A stretch of 64,000 bases of DNA from Parasitella parasitica NRRL 2501 (GCA_025201805.1 MU619314.1:62001-126000), one strand, 5' to 3'. Counted from the first letter of the stretch, positions 12,574 to 27,063 are shown. The notes: generated by a model from the sequence alone, not told the origin. Numbers and translations: made by a program.

Positions 12574-15500
12574 ATGCAAGACGATTCTCGTGTGGATTTA
12601 ACTTGTTTGTTAAATTCTTCTGGACAACCGCCTACAGAAGATAGTATTACAAACTTACTTTCTAGTAGACACAAGCGGAACCAACCTTACACCCGTTCAG
12701 GACATCTAAATTTGATCGTCGTAAATCCATACCAGCCTCTGGAGATCCTAAACGATGCAACCCTTCGATCTTATGCTGATATTGGATATAGAAACGTAAT
12801 TGAAAATAAACATTTCATGCAGCCCCATGTTTATGATCTAGCTGCGAGGGTTTACTTCCACATGCGAAGAACGGGTGAAGATCAGAGTATCATACTGAGG
12901 TAAAGATCGGAGTCCAGCTCATAGGGGTGGTCGGAGTTTAAATGAGGGAATCTTAACACAGGGCAGCGCAATGATTGGGTGTATTAATTAAAAAAAAAAT
13001 ATTATAAATAGTGGTATTACTGGTTCAGGCAAGAGTACAACCAGATCTCACTTGTTGAAGCAGATTCTATTATTATCAACACACTCCAAGAAAGAGAATA
13101 AACTGCAGCAACAGATTCAGACCTCCTTGGTTATTTTGGAAGCATTTGGGCATGCGAAAACTAGCCAAAATTCATCAGCTTCGAAATATGGCATGTTCCA
13201 AGAACTTCAATTTTCTGAAAGGGGTAGAATTCTCGGTGCAAAAACCCTCACTTATGCGTTTGATAAATCCAGGGTGACAACAATTCCTAAAGACGAAAGA
13301 ACATTTAATGTATTTTACTCTTTGTTAGCTGGTACGTCCCCAGAAGAGCAGACTGCGCTACACATCAATTTCTCCCCCGAATCATTCAACTATTTGAATC
13401 AATCAAAGCTAATCAAGGTGCCCGAGATAAACGACGAGATTGCATTCGCCGATCTCAAGAGCTCCCTCAAAATATGCGGGTTCAAGGCAAAAACTGTAAC
13501 GCAAATCTTCCAACTGTTGGCAACAATCTTACATATCGGTAATTTGCAATTTCAAGATGACCATGATGCTGGAAGCTTGGCTCAAGAGGCATGCTCTGTC
13601 AAGAATAACGACGTTTTGGAAGTCGTAGCTGCAATGCTGGGTGTGTCACCAACTAAACTTGAACAATCCCTGACTTATAAGCTGAGATTGATCAGAAAGG
13701 AACTTTGTACCATGTTTTTGAATACCCAGGGTGCTGCTGAACAGAGAGATGCGCTAGCTCGGGCTCTGTACCACGTCCTGTTTCTCTGGATTGTTGAGTC
13801 TCTCAATACCAAAATCTGTTTCAACGATGGCGAGCCTGCCAATTTTGTCGGTATTTTGGACCAATTTGGTTTCCAAAATTTCAAATCCAATGGCTTTGAG
13901 GAGTTCTGTGCCAATTTTGCAAATGAAAGAGTGCATCAGTTTATTATAGATCAGCGCTTCAATGATGCTGAAGGCTTGAATGCCATTATGATGCGCGACG
14001 GAATCCCGCTTCCCAAGGTGGCCACCATGGACAGTTCTAACTGTTTGGAGTTACTTGTTGGTAAAGAACAAGATCACACACGTGAAAATAATGTAAACAA
14101 GTCTGCTGCGCTCGGATTAGGCGGCATAGTCGGGGCTATGGACAGAGATTGTGCCAAATACCAGACGGGCGCCACAGATGCCACCAACGCCAACTTTTTG
14201 GCTAATGTGCAGCGTTCGTACGGCTCCCATGCCTCGTTTGCAAAGTCTGGACATGCTTATTCTTTCGGCATCAACCACTTTTCTGGCTCCGTGCATTACA
14301 CTGTGGATTCATTCCTGGAGAAGAACTTGGACGATCTGTCGCCCGATTTTGTAAGTCTCCTGCGCGACAACAGCACAAACACCTTTGTATCCAACCTGTT
14401 TGAAAGCTCTGCCATGGCAACAGAGTCACATCCCAAGGACGACCGCACTATTGTCAAGGCTCAGCTCACTAGCAAGCCCACACGTGCACCATCCATGAAA
14501 CGACCCAACAAACGTCGCAACAACACAACCGCAGCAACAGATGCTGCCACAATGCCAATTCCCGAGGGCGGCGAGCCAGACGCGGACGAAATCAGAAAGC
14601 AGAAGCTCATCAAAGACGCCGAAGACGCCTACCAGAACATGCAAGTGACGACCGTCATGGACCAACTTTACATGACCCTGAGAGATCTATTTTACACCAT
14701 GGCAGATACCCGTATTTATAACATTATTCACATTAGACCGAACGATACCCAATCTGCCGATGTGTTTGATCCCAAGAGAGTCAAAGCCCAGGTGCGTGCA
14801 TTCCTGCTGCCTGATCTGGCCTGTCGCAGTGCTGTTGATTACGCTAATTACTATACATTTTCTGAATTCCTGGTTCGCTACGAAGGCCTTGTCGCTTCAC
14901 TGCAAATCGATCACATGAAGCCCGAAAAAGAACAAGTTCAAGACGTGCGCTCTATCATGAACTGGGTCGAGTCTCAAGCCTTTGTTGGACACGACATGAT
15001 CTGGATTGCGTACGACACCTGGAAAGATCTTGAAGATGGCTTGCGTGCTGCGGAAAAGGAAGAGCGCGATCGTGCCAAGGGCTTGGACACCAAGCAAGAG
15101 ATACTGGGCCAGCATCACGATACGCATCCTGGCATGATTGCGGGTGATATGGCTCCTGGGGGCTATTACCAAGATAGTCAAGATCGTCTGTTACCTATGG
15201 GTGGCGGGGGCTATATGGATGATGGTCTCGGTCACGCTAGAGCGTTTGAAGACGGCGCAAGCTACATGGACAGCGAAGACGGAATGAAACGAGACATGGA
15301 AGGAAGCCAATGGGGAGAAGAATCCGAATGGGGCATGAAGGGATTGTCAGATGGGTAAGTTTGGGCTGCACATACAAAAACTACATGTTTGATTATACGT
15401 ACGGCAAATGTTCATTTTTTTTTTTTTTTTTTTTTTGAATTTGCATAGGTTTGGTCCCAACATGGATATGAGCAAAATGGTTGAAGATTACCATACGCCT

Positions 15501-18500
15501 CAGCACGAGTCTGTCGAAGAAATGCCCATCACAGCAGTGCGTATATGGTGGATTCGGTTCGTTTGGCTGATGACTTGGTGGATTCCCTCGCCCTTCTTGC
15601 GCTGGTTTGGCAAAATGAAGCGTGAAGATGTTCAAATGGCATGGCGTGAAAAGGTGACGCTCTGCATCATCATCCTCTTCTTCTCAGCAATCACCATCTT
15701 TGTCATTGTTGGGCTGGGTGAGGTTATCTGTCCTGGCACCCGCAACATGTTCTCCACTGCCAATGTGCAAGCGCACAGTACCTCGGACGATATGTACGTC
15801 AGTGTCCGTGGTGAGGTTTACGATATCACCAATTTTGCAAAGAGTCAGCACGGCGCCTCTCCTTACATCGGTACTCCCGATTTGATGACTGAAGTTGCAG
15901 GCTTAGATGTGTCCTACTCTATCCCGCCTCCATTGACCATGGCCTGTGCTGGCCTGGTCTCGTCTCCTACCATCAAAGTGATTCCAAATAACACTATTGT
16001 CCTCGCCAACTTTGTCCACAACTCGGGTGACCAGCTCACAGTTGCTACTCTGACCAAGATGCAAGACCCCCGTTGGTATTGGAATTACTTTTTGCCCACC
16101 ATGAGTTTGTACAAAAAGGGGAAAGTTGTCGTACCTGTAAAGCAACTCTACGACGACTATCAGAGCTGGAGTCGTCTGGCGCTCGCCATCAACGGCAGAG
16201 TGTACGACATCAACGACTACATGGCCACGTCAAAGATCTACGATTCCGGCTCTACTGCGAGCGACTACCATTTCTTGCACGCTACCATCGAGGAGATCTT
16301 TAGCAAATTCAGCGGCACCGATGCGACTGATAAATGGAATCAGTACCGTGGCTCCATGAGTCCGGCTGAACAGGAAATGAACATGGCTTGTCTCGACAAC
16401 TTTTTCTACATTGGCGATGTGGATGAGCGCGAATCTGCCAGGTGCATGTTTACCAACTACATGCTGCTCGCTGCCGCTATCCTGATGTGTACCGTCATTG
16501 TTGTCAAGTTTCTCGCTGCCCTGCAATTCGGCGGTGCGCCTACGCCTGAAGACCACGATAAATTTGTCATCTGTCAAGTGCCATGCTACACTGAAGACGA
16601 GGAGTCGCTCAAAAAGACGATTGATTCGCTTACTGTTATGAACTATGACGACAAGCGCAAGCTTCTCTACATTATTGCTGACGGCATGATTATGGGTAGC
16701 GGCAACGACCGTCCTACCCCTCGTATTGTGCTCGATGTGCTGGGCTATGACACCAAGAACGACCCCGAGCCACTGATGTTCAAGTCTATCGGCGAAGGCT
16801 CCAAGCAGCTGAACTACGGCAAAGTCTACTCTGGTCTCTATGAATGCGAAGGCCATGTTGTGCCTTACATTGTCATTGTCAAGGTCGGTAAGGCCTCGGA
16901 ACGCGCCAAGCCTGGTAATCGTGGTAAACGTGATTCTCAAATGATTTGCATGAACTTTTTGAACAAGGTGCACTTTGACAGCGAAATGACACCTCTGGAG
17001 CTGGAAATGTACCACCAAATCAAGAACGTCATTGGCGTCAATCCCTCATTCTACGAATACATCCTGATGGTTGACTCTGACACAGAGGTAATGCCAGACG
17101 CCTTGAACCATATGATTTCTCGAATGCTCCACGACGGCCGCATCATCGGTCTCTGTGGCGAAACCAAGCTGGTCAACGAAGACCGCTCGTGGACTACCAT
17201 GATCCAGGTCTACGAGTACTACATCTCGCATCACTTGGCCAAGGCGTTTGAATCCTTGTTTGGCTCAGTTACATGTTTACCTGGTTGTTTCTGCATGTAT
17301 CGTATCCGCACTCCTGTCAAGAACGAGCCATTGATCATCTCTCCCAAGGTCATCTACGACTATTCCGACAACCATGTCGATACTCTGCACAAGAAGAATC
17401 TATTGCATCTTGGCGAAGATCGCTACCTGACCACCTTGATGATGAAGCACTTTCCCCAGTACAAGATGAAGTTTACAGCGCACGCTCAGTGCAAGACTGT
17501 AGCTCCTGATCGCTGGCAGATTCTTCTATCGCAGCGTCGTCGCTGGATCAACTCGACCATCCACAATCTGTTTGAGGTTGTCTTGCTCCCCGACCTCTGC
17601 GGTTTCTGTTGTTTCTCCATGCGTTTCGTTGTTTTGATTGATCTGATCGGTACACTGACGCTACCTGTGTCTGTCATCTATTTGGTATATCTCATCTACG
17701 TGATTGCGTCCAAATCTGGCCCAATCCCCGTTCTGGCTCTTGCGATGCTGGCTGGTATCTACGGCTTACAGGCCATCCTGTTTATCCTCAAGCGTCAATG
17801 GCAGCACATTGGCTGGATGATCTTTTACATCCTGGCTATTCCTGTCTTTTCGTTCTTCTTGCCAATCTACTCGTTCTGGCATTTCGACGATTTCTCTTGG
17901 GGTAACACTCGTGTTGTTGTCGGTGACAAAAAGCAAAAGAAGATCATTGTTGCTGACGACGAAAAGTTTGATGAAAAGATGATCCCTCTCAAGAAATGGA
18001 GCGTTTATGAGCAGGAGCTCTGGGAAATGGGTTCTACTGGCAGCAAGGAAACTGGTGTCACTGGCAATACGTATAGAAGCCATCAGACGTACGGCTCTCG
18101 AGGCAACCAGTCGGGCATGTTTGATAGCCGCACGCAAACCGGCGGCAGTCAAGCCGGTGGCGAGTATGACTATTACCGTGACACCAATGTCTCTGGCTAC
18201 GAGAAGCAACGTGGAGCAGGTGTTCGCTCCCAAAGTCCTATGGGCTTTGGTGGCTCTGTGATCGGCCCTGGATCAGAATATGGAGGCGCCGCTACACAGG
18301 ATTTCATGATGACACCGCCCATGCCTCGTGGATCGCAAGCAATGTCTATTCATAGCTTCGGACCAGACTATGCCGCCAGCGGCCATATGACGCCAATGAT
18401 GGGTAATGCCAGCTTTATGATGGGCCAGCAGGACAGAGCGAGTATGATGTACGATAATAGATCGAGCGCCATGATGGGTCAGAGCGAGTATGAGATGCCA

Positions 18501-18655
18501 ATGCGTCCTATGAGCCAGTTCTCCATCCCGCTGTCTCAGGGAGGAATGCAGCCAATGACTCCACCTGGCTTCCCAACAGACGATGAGATTTTGTCCGAAA
18601 TTAGAAACATACTCCAAACGGCTAATTTGATGAGTATAACCAAAAAACAAGGTAA

Positions 18656-18686
<31 letters not shown>

Positions 18687-18823
18687 AAACCAGGGAATGA
18701 TCACTGACATGTTGCTTTATTGTAGTTCGAGAACAATTAAGCGCCTTCTTTGGATTTGACATGACTCCTAAAAAAGAATACATCAACACAAGCATCGAAT
18801 ACATTTTGCAAGGTCGTATGTAG
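12574..18823 (+). CDS. Chitin synthase with N-terminal myosin motor-like domain (class V/VII, CsmA-type)
   Basis: Myosin P-loop S|GITGSGKS, LEAFGHAKT, ILDQFGF, WREK, cytochrome b5-like repeats, and the GT2 motifs LPGCF, LGEDRYL, QRRRW and DDFSWG. C-terminal DEK-like domain (ANLMSITKKQ|VREQL). Three introns; stop TAG at 18821-18823. Confidence 0.96.
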
Positions 18824-19293
18824 GGAAAAAGCTTATTTATTCATCCATGTAAAAAAAAAAAAAAAAAAAAAAAAATTTACTACAAAAAATATTGCACGCA
18901 CACACACACAGACACAAACACGCATACATAACTCCAATACAAACTTCATTTATATTAATTAAAACATTTAATAATTTGGGATTGATCTCGTTCTTTTTCA
19001 TCTTTTATCAATGCGATCACTTGATGTCCAAACGCTTCCATCATTTGCAGCAGCATTACACACGACAGCAGATTTTTCCATGGCTGTAGCATGCTATGAC
19101 GCCAGTCTAAATAAGCATATGCAAGTACAGCATCATACAATGCTTCATTTCAAACAGTTGCGAGTATGTTTACAAAATATTTCCGTCTTCACTACTGCGA
19201 GCTACAAACTGGTAGTGGAGCACAACTGATCAATGGTTAAAAAAGCGACCTTCCAAAATGTTTTTCTTTCCTTTCTTTTTTCCTACACATTAT

Positions 19294-21274
19294 ATGTTCT
19301 CTACCTTGAGCGATACCAAGAAGGAAAAGCTTAAAGATGCAGTCTTAGGTTTGCATTGGGCCGCAACTACTGGCAACGTCGGTAAATATGCAATTATCCA
19401 CATATAAAATGTCAACAAAAACAATGCTTGTCCGTAACACAAATATACTACTACAGGCCTTATCAAATTCGCGCTAGACCACGGCGTACCGATAGACTCA
19501 GTCGTCAATGGGTTTGTCTCTTTGCAATTGGCTTGTATAAGCGACAACAACATAGCTGCTGTGCAGTATCTGATCGATAGAGGTGCTGATGTAAATATAC
19601 AAAAGTATGGATGATACAAAAGTGATGTAAAAATTTGGCTATTTATTCTTCCCACATGATGTAATCTTTAGATGGTCAAAGAAGCACAGCGTCGATAAGA
19701 CCCAAGCGATTCCAGGCGCAACAGGTTCTACTGCGCTTCATGTAGCCTCTGCCAATGGATGTGTCAAAATTGTCGACCTTCTAATCAGGAATAATGCCCG
19801 CATTGAAGTGAAAGACAAATATGGGTCAACTCCTCTAGACGTTGCACAAGCAAAGCATGAAACTGAAGTTGTAAAACTGCTGCTAGCCGCCCGAGAAAAA
19901 CAACAACAACAGCAAAGACACCAAAAGCATCGTTCCATGTCTTGTGGCAATGACGACGGTCAAAATAGCACCCAAAAGTCAGTCGACTCGGTTGCCATGA
20001 CACACAAAAGAACTAATTCGGACAAACAGCCTCGAATAAGGAGACCGAGCTTGCCATCGATATTTGAGGGACATGGCTACCTTCCTCCGCAAAACTTGCC
20101 GTCTTTTATTAGCATGACGCCATCCTCATCGTCGACAATTACAGCAAGCAGTAGCAGCAATATGGAGCCATCGTCAAGACGGAGCTTTTCGGGGCACAGA
20201 CCATCCTTGTCCGAAGAACAACACAATACAGCGCATTCTTGTCCAGCAACGCCTCGGACCTCACTAGATGTCTTTGGCAACAGCAAGCGATCTCAAAACC
20301 GCAATATACCCTACATAAATCGATCGCCTCGCTCGTCTGACGATTCATATGCGATGGTGTACTCGACATCGCCTTCTCAAGGAAACCTGGTTAATCCAGA
20401 GGTTGCTGCTGTTGACGGGCATCCCGATTGGTACGGCTACGGCGTCGTTAATCCTTACGATGAAGACGATAATTATCTACTGTCACTAGAACGAAGGGCC
20501 TACAATCTAAGCTGCAATGAAAATGGGGAGCTGGAAAGACATTCGCAAGAGTTCTCAAGACGGTCCGTACACAGTGATTCAGCCACTGTCTCGCGCCGAC
20601 GAAGGTCAACTGTCTCCAGCGATGACCAGCAGCACGACCTTTACATCCATGCTATGAGGAATGATTCGTCTGATTCGGGGAATAAGCTACGGACCACAGC
20701 TTTAAAGAATGCAATGGCTGCTGCCAGCAGTAACAACAATAATCCCACGAGCAACGCTTTTGATTTCGACGAAGAAGAGGGCTATGATGGTGAGCTAGAC
20801 GACGAAGAAAACGATGAGGAAGAGGAGGAGGAAGAGGAAGAGGAAGAGGAAGAGGAAGAGGAAGAGGAGGACGAAGCCTATAGCAACGAGTCTTTGCCTC
20901 GTCCCTCTGTTGTCTTGGACAGTGGACCAGAAGCAGACCTTGTACGCTATCGATTTTTACAGCAAGATGTTGCTGATACCATGACTACGTCTCATCATAC
21001 AGATCCTTCACACCATGCCGAAGCCAAGAAAGGGTGGTTCAGCGGGTTCGGAAAGGACACAGTGAGAAATTCCTTGGATACGCATTCGCGCAGAAGCTTG
21101 GATTTCAGACCTAGCTTTGAGAGCTTTACTCAGCTTGCTAAACGGGGAGTGCCTCATATTCTCGGTCAAGATGATGATTCATCAGACGACGACGAAGACA
21201 GAAATCATCATCAGCAGCAGCAAAGAATTGGTTTTTTTTCAAGATGGGCTCCTGCTTGGTCCAGAAAGCAATAG
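19294..21274 (+). CDS. Ankyrin-repeat protein with long Ser/Arg/acidic disordered C-terminus
   Basis: LHWAATTGNV, LQLAC, GSTALHVASANGC and GSTPLDVA ankyrin motifs across two introns, in frame with ORF 19808-21274. Poly-Glu tract at about 20815-20870. Confidence 0.85.
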
Positions 21275-22433
21275 GTTCTCAATCTCCTCACATTATGTAT
21301 CTATTCATTTTCAACAACTCCCTCCTTCTCTCTTTCTCTCTTCTCTCTCTCTCCTCTTCATTTGTCTCCTCTGGTGGATACCCATACTGTATCTGTACAT
21401 AAACCTCCCCCCCATTTGTAATTTTTGGCCGCATGACAAGTCATTTGGTAATTCTTCTTGGATTTCTATTATAATGACATGCAGGGAAAATATGTCTGAA
21501 AGCGTATTGTTCTAACCAGAATCCCTTTTGTCTTTTTGCAAGGCCCTGTCATTGTTGTTGCTCGCTCACCCAACATTCAACACTAAAATGGTAATAGCGG
21601 TGGAGACATTCAAATCCCGACTTCTTCGTGGCTGGATCTCCAGATCATCGATTTGGCCGTTTCTGAATTTTTGTCAACTGTTTTTTGAAAGTTACTTGAT
21701 AAACCAACAATAAAGTAGCCATACCGTACTAATAAGAACTTGTGTGTAATTCAACTGCACATCGAATGGTGCTATTTGCGACAGAGAAATGCTGCAGAGA
21801 TTTTGCGTAAAATCAAAAAATCGAAAATCTTGAAAATTAGCTTAAAGTCAAAATTACCCTAATGTAATACCAGATAAAAGTCTTCCAAGCAATGCAAGTA
21901 CACTACATGGTCATTTTACTCTGCTATATACCTTAGTAAAAACCCTCGTTTTTCAAGCGAAAAATACGATAAACTGAAAATTGACGATTTGAACGCACCA
22001 TCATAAGGCCTTGAGGGTCGAAATTTGAAGGATTTTTCATGAGCCAAAATTTTATAGATAATGCAACAGAAAGTTGGTACGAATAATAAGGTACCGTTTC
22101 CTGCCTTTCTGGGCGCCTAAAACGGCTAGAAACACCTCAATAACATACCTGGAATATGCTGGATTTTAGTAAATAACCCGGTATTTGATGGAATCTTTTG
22201 TATAATATTGATCGGTTTATTGATTTTGCCATGAAGGTGCAGACATTTGACTCTATAATTTCATAAAAGCGGTTGTTTATCTCAAGTAACACAACAATGC
22301 AATGTTACCCTAGCAAACATATTTCATGGATTTTTACTGTATTGATATCCCTGCCCTCATTGAGAGAGGAAGGTTTTACCTGCTTTTATTGGAAAATAAA
22401 ATCAAAATCAGTAACAAAAAAAAAAGAAAGTGT

Positions 22434-24122
22434 TCAACAGACGAACTGAAGGTTCACATCGATAGGATGCGACGCGCTCAATTGAGGACGTTGAGAGTAC
22501 TTGTCACGAAGAATTTGACGAACACTATTCAGCAATGCCTGATATGATTGATCAGGGTTTTCCCTCAGAGTGGCTATTATGTGGATTGAAAATGATTAAA
22601 AAAAATAAATAAGGGGGGTACCATGAATATATAAAAGCTTACTAGTGAAGGCGTAGCTCATAGCTCCAGTTGATTTTCCAGCCTCTTGGGCATCAGCAGA
22701 TGTCTGGTCATCTTTGCACCCAGAAAACATGATAACATCGGCCTCAGAAAAGTTGCGCTGTCTCTGCTCTTCTTCTACCTCATGAGCAGATAGTATGCCT
22801 TTACCCAGCTCAATCAACGAAGAAATAGCTCTTCTAGTATCACCTGAAGCATAAGACAGACCGGCGGAAATTAAGCCCTTTCCAGCATCCTTGAACAGAT
22901 TTTGATCCTTGATGACGCCTTTGGTAGAGTAGACAAATCTAGTAGGAAATACACATATGTAAAAAGTTAACAATGACAAAAATATATTTTCAGGACGCTT
23001 TGGTGACATACGGCAGGTCTAAAGCTGTCCCTGAATGACAACTGTCAAAAATACATGTCAAACGACTTCCTTTGACAAGCGGGCGCACCATGGTATCATG
23101 CATTACGTCATCTACTATTTGGCCAGATGTTCCCTCATAGCTTTCAAAATCAACAGGGTATATCGTCTCGTCATAGCCATCATCTTCGTCTCCATGCTCA
23201 TCACGAATGCGGCCACCATGGCCACTGTAATGGAAAAAGAAACTAGAGTTGCAAAACTAAGTATTGCAAGAATACTACGGGTACGTGTTGCACACTTACG
23301 AATCATTAGACTTTGAATCAGAGACGAGCCACTGCATTGCAGACAGGATATTGGCCCTTGTGGGGAAGAATTCGGTATCTTGGGGTTGGTCATCTGTCAA
23401 AATGACCATATCGTCTTGATGGAATCCATACATTGAGATGAGAAACTCCTTGATGTTGTGTACATCGTTGATACAGCCACTGAGCTCATTCTCTGTATTA
23501 AAGTAGTTGATGCCAATCAAAAGAGCCCTCTTGCGTCCTCGGCCTATGCGCAGGATATAGATTGATTGTTAGGTTATCAGGCGTGTAAATTTTGTTTAAT
23601 GTGAGGCAACTCGTACAGTTTGACAATTTGAAATCAGGAGCTCCATGGCTTTTCAATTTGGGGTCCACATGAAGAAAGAAATCACTATCCTCGCTATAGT
23701 TGTTCTCCCCATAAGGCACTGAAATAAGAAAAATGTAAACGTTCAGCACAAAGATCTCTTTTTCGCTTTTCCTTTTAACCGATCAAAGCACAAAAATGCA
23801 AGAAAGGGGTTGGGGGGCTGAAGCCGGAAAAACTAAATACTACGATTTATATGTGTAGTTACCTGGAGTAGAAGGCTGATTTTCTGATTGAAATGGAGGT
23901 TGTGGATAATTGGGATTAGGATATTCAATATCGTTTGGGGTAAAAGAGGGATCATGTACATCGGATCCAGGCTGTGCCTGACCTGGAGAAACAGGGTATT
24001 CGTACTAAGAAGGGCCATTATTAAATCATTCGTGAATATACATATATATTTGTATCTAATTTTACCTGATAGCCTTGACTTGATGTTGTGTGTGTCGGAT
24101 AGCCGTAATCAGAATCTCCCAT
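22434..24122 (-). CDS. MCA1: Type I metacaspase (peptidase C14B) with Pro/Gln/Tyr-rich prodomain
   Basis: LSNC|[21 protein letters not shown], catalytic His FHYSGHG and Cys [37 protein letters not shown]. Multi-exon, ATG at 24122. Confidence 0.93.
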
Positions 24123-24827
24123 TTTTTTTATTTTTTTTTATTTTTTTCTGGCGTTTTGCTCTAGGTATCAAGTGAAAATGATTCAAGCTAAAAGAACAAG
24201 AAAAAAGCAAAAGGGCTTTGAAGATGTGCTGATCGCTTGATTTTCTGCAAGTCGGGATTAGACTATTAGATGCTTGAAATAGAAACAATTGAGATTAAGG
24301 ATAGAGCTTGCTATAGAAATCAAACATGCACACATTAATTGACTTTGAGGCTGGCTTCCACTATTTGTTATGATACTACTTTCTCGCATTTCTTTCAATA
24401 AATGGGGGTTAATTTCTGAGGTTTATTTTAGGTGGAAGATGTGATTAACGTAGGACACGCATAATTCAATGGATTGTATTCGATTACCTGTGCAATCAAA
24501 GAACAAAACATTCAAACAGTGCCAGACTTGAAGCATATGAGGGTGAGTTTGCTCATGCTTTGAGCTGGCACGTCATCAAAGTGACAAATACTATAATCAA
24601 TACGAATTTTGAGGACCATCCAAGCGTCTAGAATTGCCCTCGGTCTGAAACACCATTCTCAAAGAGACTGCTGATAAAATTGTGGACCTGGCACCAAGCG
24701 GTTCAAAATCCATCAAGATTTTTAATGCTCAATCAAGTAGAAGCTTGAACCTATGCTCGATTTACAATATTTGCTAAAATCAAATCTTGAAGTTGCTCCT
24801 CCATCGTCAACATTGCAGCATAAAGAT

Positions 24828-24914
24828 ATGGGATTGTCGTCTTCTGAGTAGCTACATAATTTGATTTGATCTATTTAAGTTGTTAAAAAACTTCTCGGAA
24901 GACGACAACCCCAT
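24828..24914. repeat. Imperfect inverted repeat (arms of about 21-24 bp, AT-rich loop of about 40 nt)
   Basis: ATGGGATTGTCGTCTTCTGAG ... CTCGGAAGACGACAACCCCAT: 19 of 21 positions Watson-Crick, plus one G:U and one mismatch. Confidence 0.8.
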
Positions 24915-25498
24915 TGTTGGTGAATTTGCCAGCCTGATCTTCTATTTCAGAGGAGCTTTTCTTTTCTAAAAATTGGCCATTTGCTCACGAATGTTTGTAA
25001 CAATTGTTTATGTAAAATGTGATTTCGTTCATTTTGTTTAATTAGCTTTGTGTTAAATGGGACAGTCTACTGCAGGCGCTAGCTGTGCACTCTTCATTGG
25101 AACGAAAGTCGAAAAAAAATCACTGTAGCAAAACAAAGGTCGAGTTTTCTTTCACCTTAGTTGGGAGGGGAGGTGGGGGTGGGGGCGGAGACTGCTCGTT
25201 ATAACGAAAGTAAAATGAGTCTAATATCTGAAAATAGGGCCTCCCTAATAAACCATATATCACTTTTTTGACCTTTGATGTTTATTATTAACGCAAACTG
25301 AGATTGCAAAACTTGCAATCTAGGTTAGTCGAATGCACAGTATTGGCAGGCTCGAAAGCGCCAATTGAGAGCTATCAAAAGCGTTGATGGGGTTGTTCAA
25401 AAGCGCAAGAATTTGACAATGTGATAGTAAAGTATTAGTATTTACTTATTTATGAGTGTATGATGTGATAAAAATATAAAGCAAAGGAGGTATGTGCA

Positions 25499-27063
25499 TT
25501 AAATGAGGGTCGGGGCAGTAGTGTCAATATATGCAGAGAGGGAAAAGGTATCATCAGAAGCATCTGTCACTGTCCACGCTGATTGAAAAGAGGTATTTTC
25601 GAATGGTAAGGCAATGAATTGCTGAGTCGAAGGCAAATTTGAAAGGGTATACAGACGAGTTGTTGATGCTGAAACAATACCTTTCACTTTGGCATAAGTT
25701 CGAAGATGGTCAGCAGCTTCCGCTCTCCTCGCTACAATGTATTCGGTAACTCTACGATCCAGTGGCACGGAAAAATTGAGGCCATTGTGGATTGCCTGCA
25801 GCGCTTGACATATCTCGAGCGCATCAGGTCGATTTTCAGGGCGAGGTTCCAAGCAGGCGACATATAACTTTTGATACCAGTCTGGTAACCCTGGAACTGG
25901 TTCGATGCGATAGACATGATCTTCTGAACCTTTATTGCCGTCTAAAAGTACATCTGGCGAAGGAAAAATCACTTTACTGACTAGCTGCCAAATGATGATA
26001 CCAAGACTGTAAATGTCAGATTTCTCAGTGTAAATTCCTTGTCGAACTTCAGGGGCAACATAAGGTAGCCGACCATAAACTGCTTTCGTAAGTGCCGTTA
26101 CAGATGATGATTCACGGGAAGGCGTTGCGAATCGATAGTCTACCAAAAAATAATCAGAATCAGTGCATACAATGTTGCGAGGATGAACATTGCGATGACA
26201 CATGCCGACTTTATGTAGATCAGCTAGATTGGCGGCTAGTCGAAGAATCGTGCCTGTGATTGTTTTGAGATCAAGGTCGCCTAGCGGAAGTTGTTGCATG
26301 TGATCTTCGAGATTACCATCATTACTACATTTCATAACCATCATTAGATCGCCAGTGCTTTCACAAACTGTGAGGCCCTGAAATAGCAGAGGCAAAAATG
26401 CCTTTGACTGCACTGAAATCTGTGCGGTGCATATATTAATAAATGACCTTGTTGTAGACATGTTGTATATACCTCATTCAGGAGTTTGTCATCGACAATT
26501 TTCAATGCCATTCGGAGAGGCTGAGGATCATAAGCAGGTGTCATGCACACCGAATACACAGCAGAAAACCCGCCAGCACCAATAAAATGCATTTCGGAAA
26601 ACCAGGACCACGGAAACCACTGCATGTATTTATCGAGGTTTTCCTTGTAAATTTGACCGACAGCCTTTCGAGCTCTTGGATGCACAGCAGTAACAACTTG
26701 ATCTTGGCCATAGTTGTCCGACAATGCTTTAAATGAGAGTTGCTGTCTCCACAGCATGATCCAATTCTAATGGCTGGGATTAGAATGCGTGTTTATGTGT
26801 TCATCAATGTGCTTTTCGTTTACCCATGCATGATCAAAAGGGAGGCCGTTATCAATGTACGTTTCACAAACATCTTGGTATAATTGAGCGACCCTCTCGT
26901 TTATTGGAGATAGAAATTGATCAGTCTGCAAAATCAAGTTTTCTAATCCAAACACATCAGGGCATAATTCGATGAATTGAGTTACGGCTAGTCGTGTTTG
27001 ATTTAGCAGTTCTTCATGTAATTGCTGGGAGTAAATGCGTTCAATCTCGCTATCATCCATCAT
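25499..27063 (-). CDS. Protein kinase-like (TKL-like) protein, predicted pseudokinase
   Basis: GAGGFSAVY Gly loop, ALK, HRNVHPRN (HRD to HRN), DYR in place of DFG, YGRLPYVAPE, SDIYSLG, RP. Two introns join three ORF fragments. Confidence 0.88.

Noticed and set aside
13675-18710. Many long antisense or alternative-frame ORFs over the chitin synthase (and similarly over CHD, niaD, niiA, RPL7)
   Set aside because: Shadow ORFs expected from codon bias; no recognisable motifs.
21500-22330. AT-rich stretch with MITE-like texture and short broken frames
   Set aside because: No terminal inverted repeats, target-site duplication or transposase motif found by eye; needs a repeat-library search.
25162-25321. 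G-rich tract (possible G-quadruplex) and 9-bp hairpin AGATTGCAA-AAC-TTGCAATCT
   Set aside because: Short and compatible with chance in a homopolymer-prone genome.
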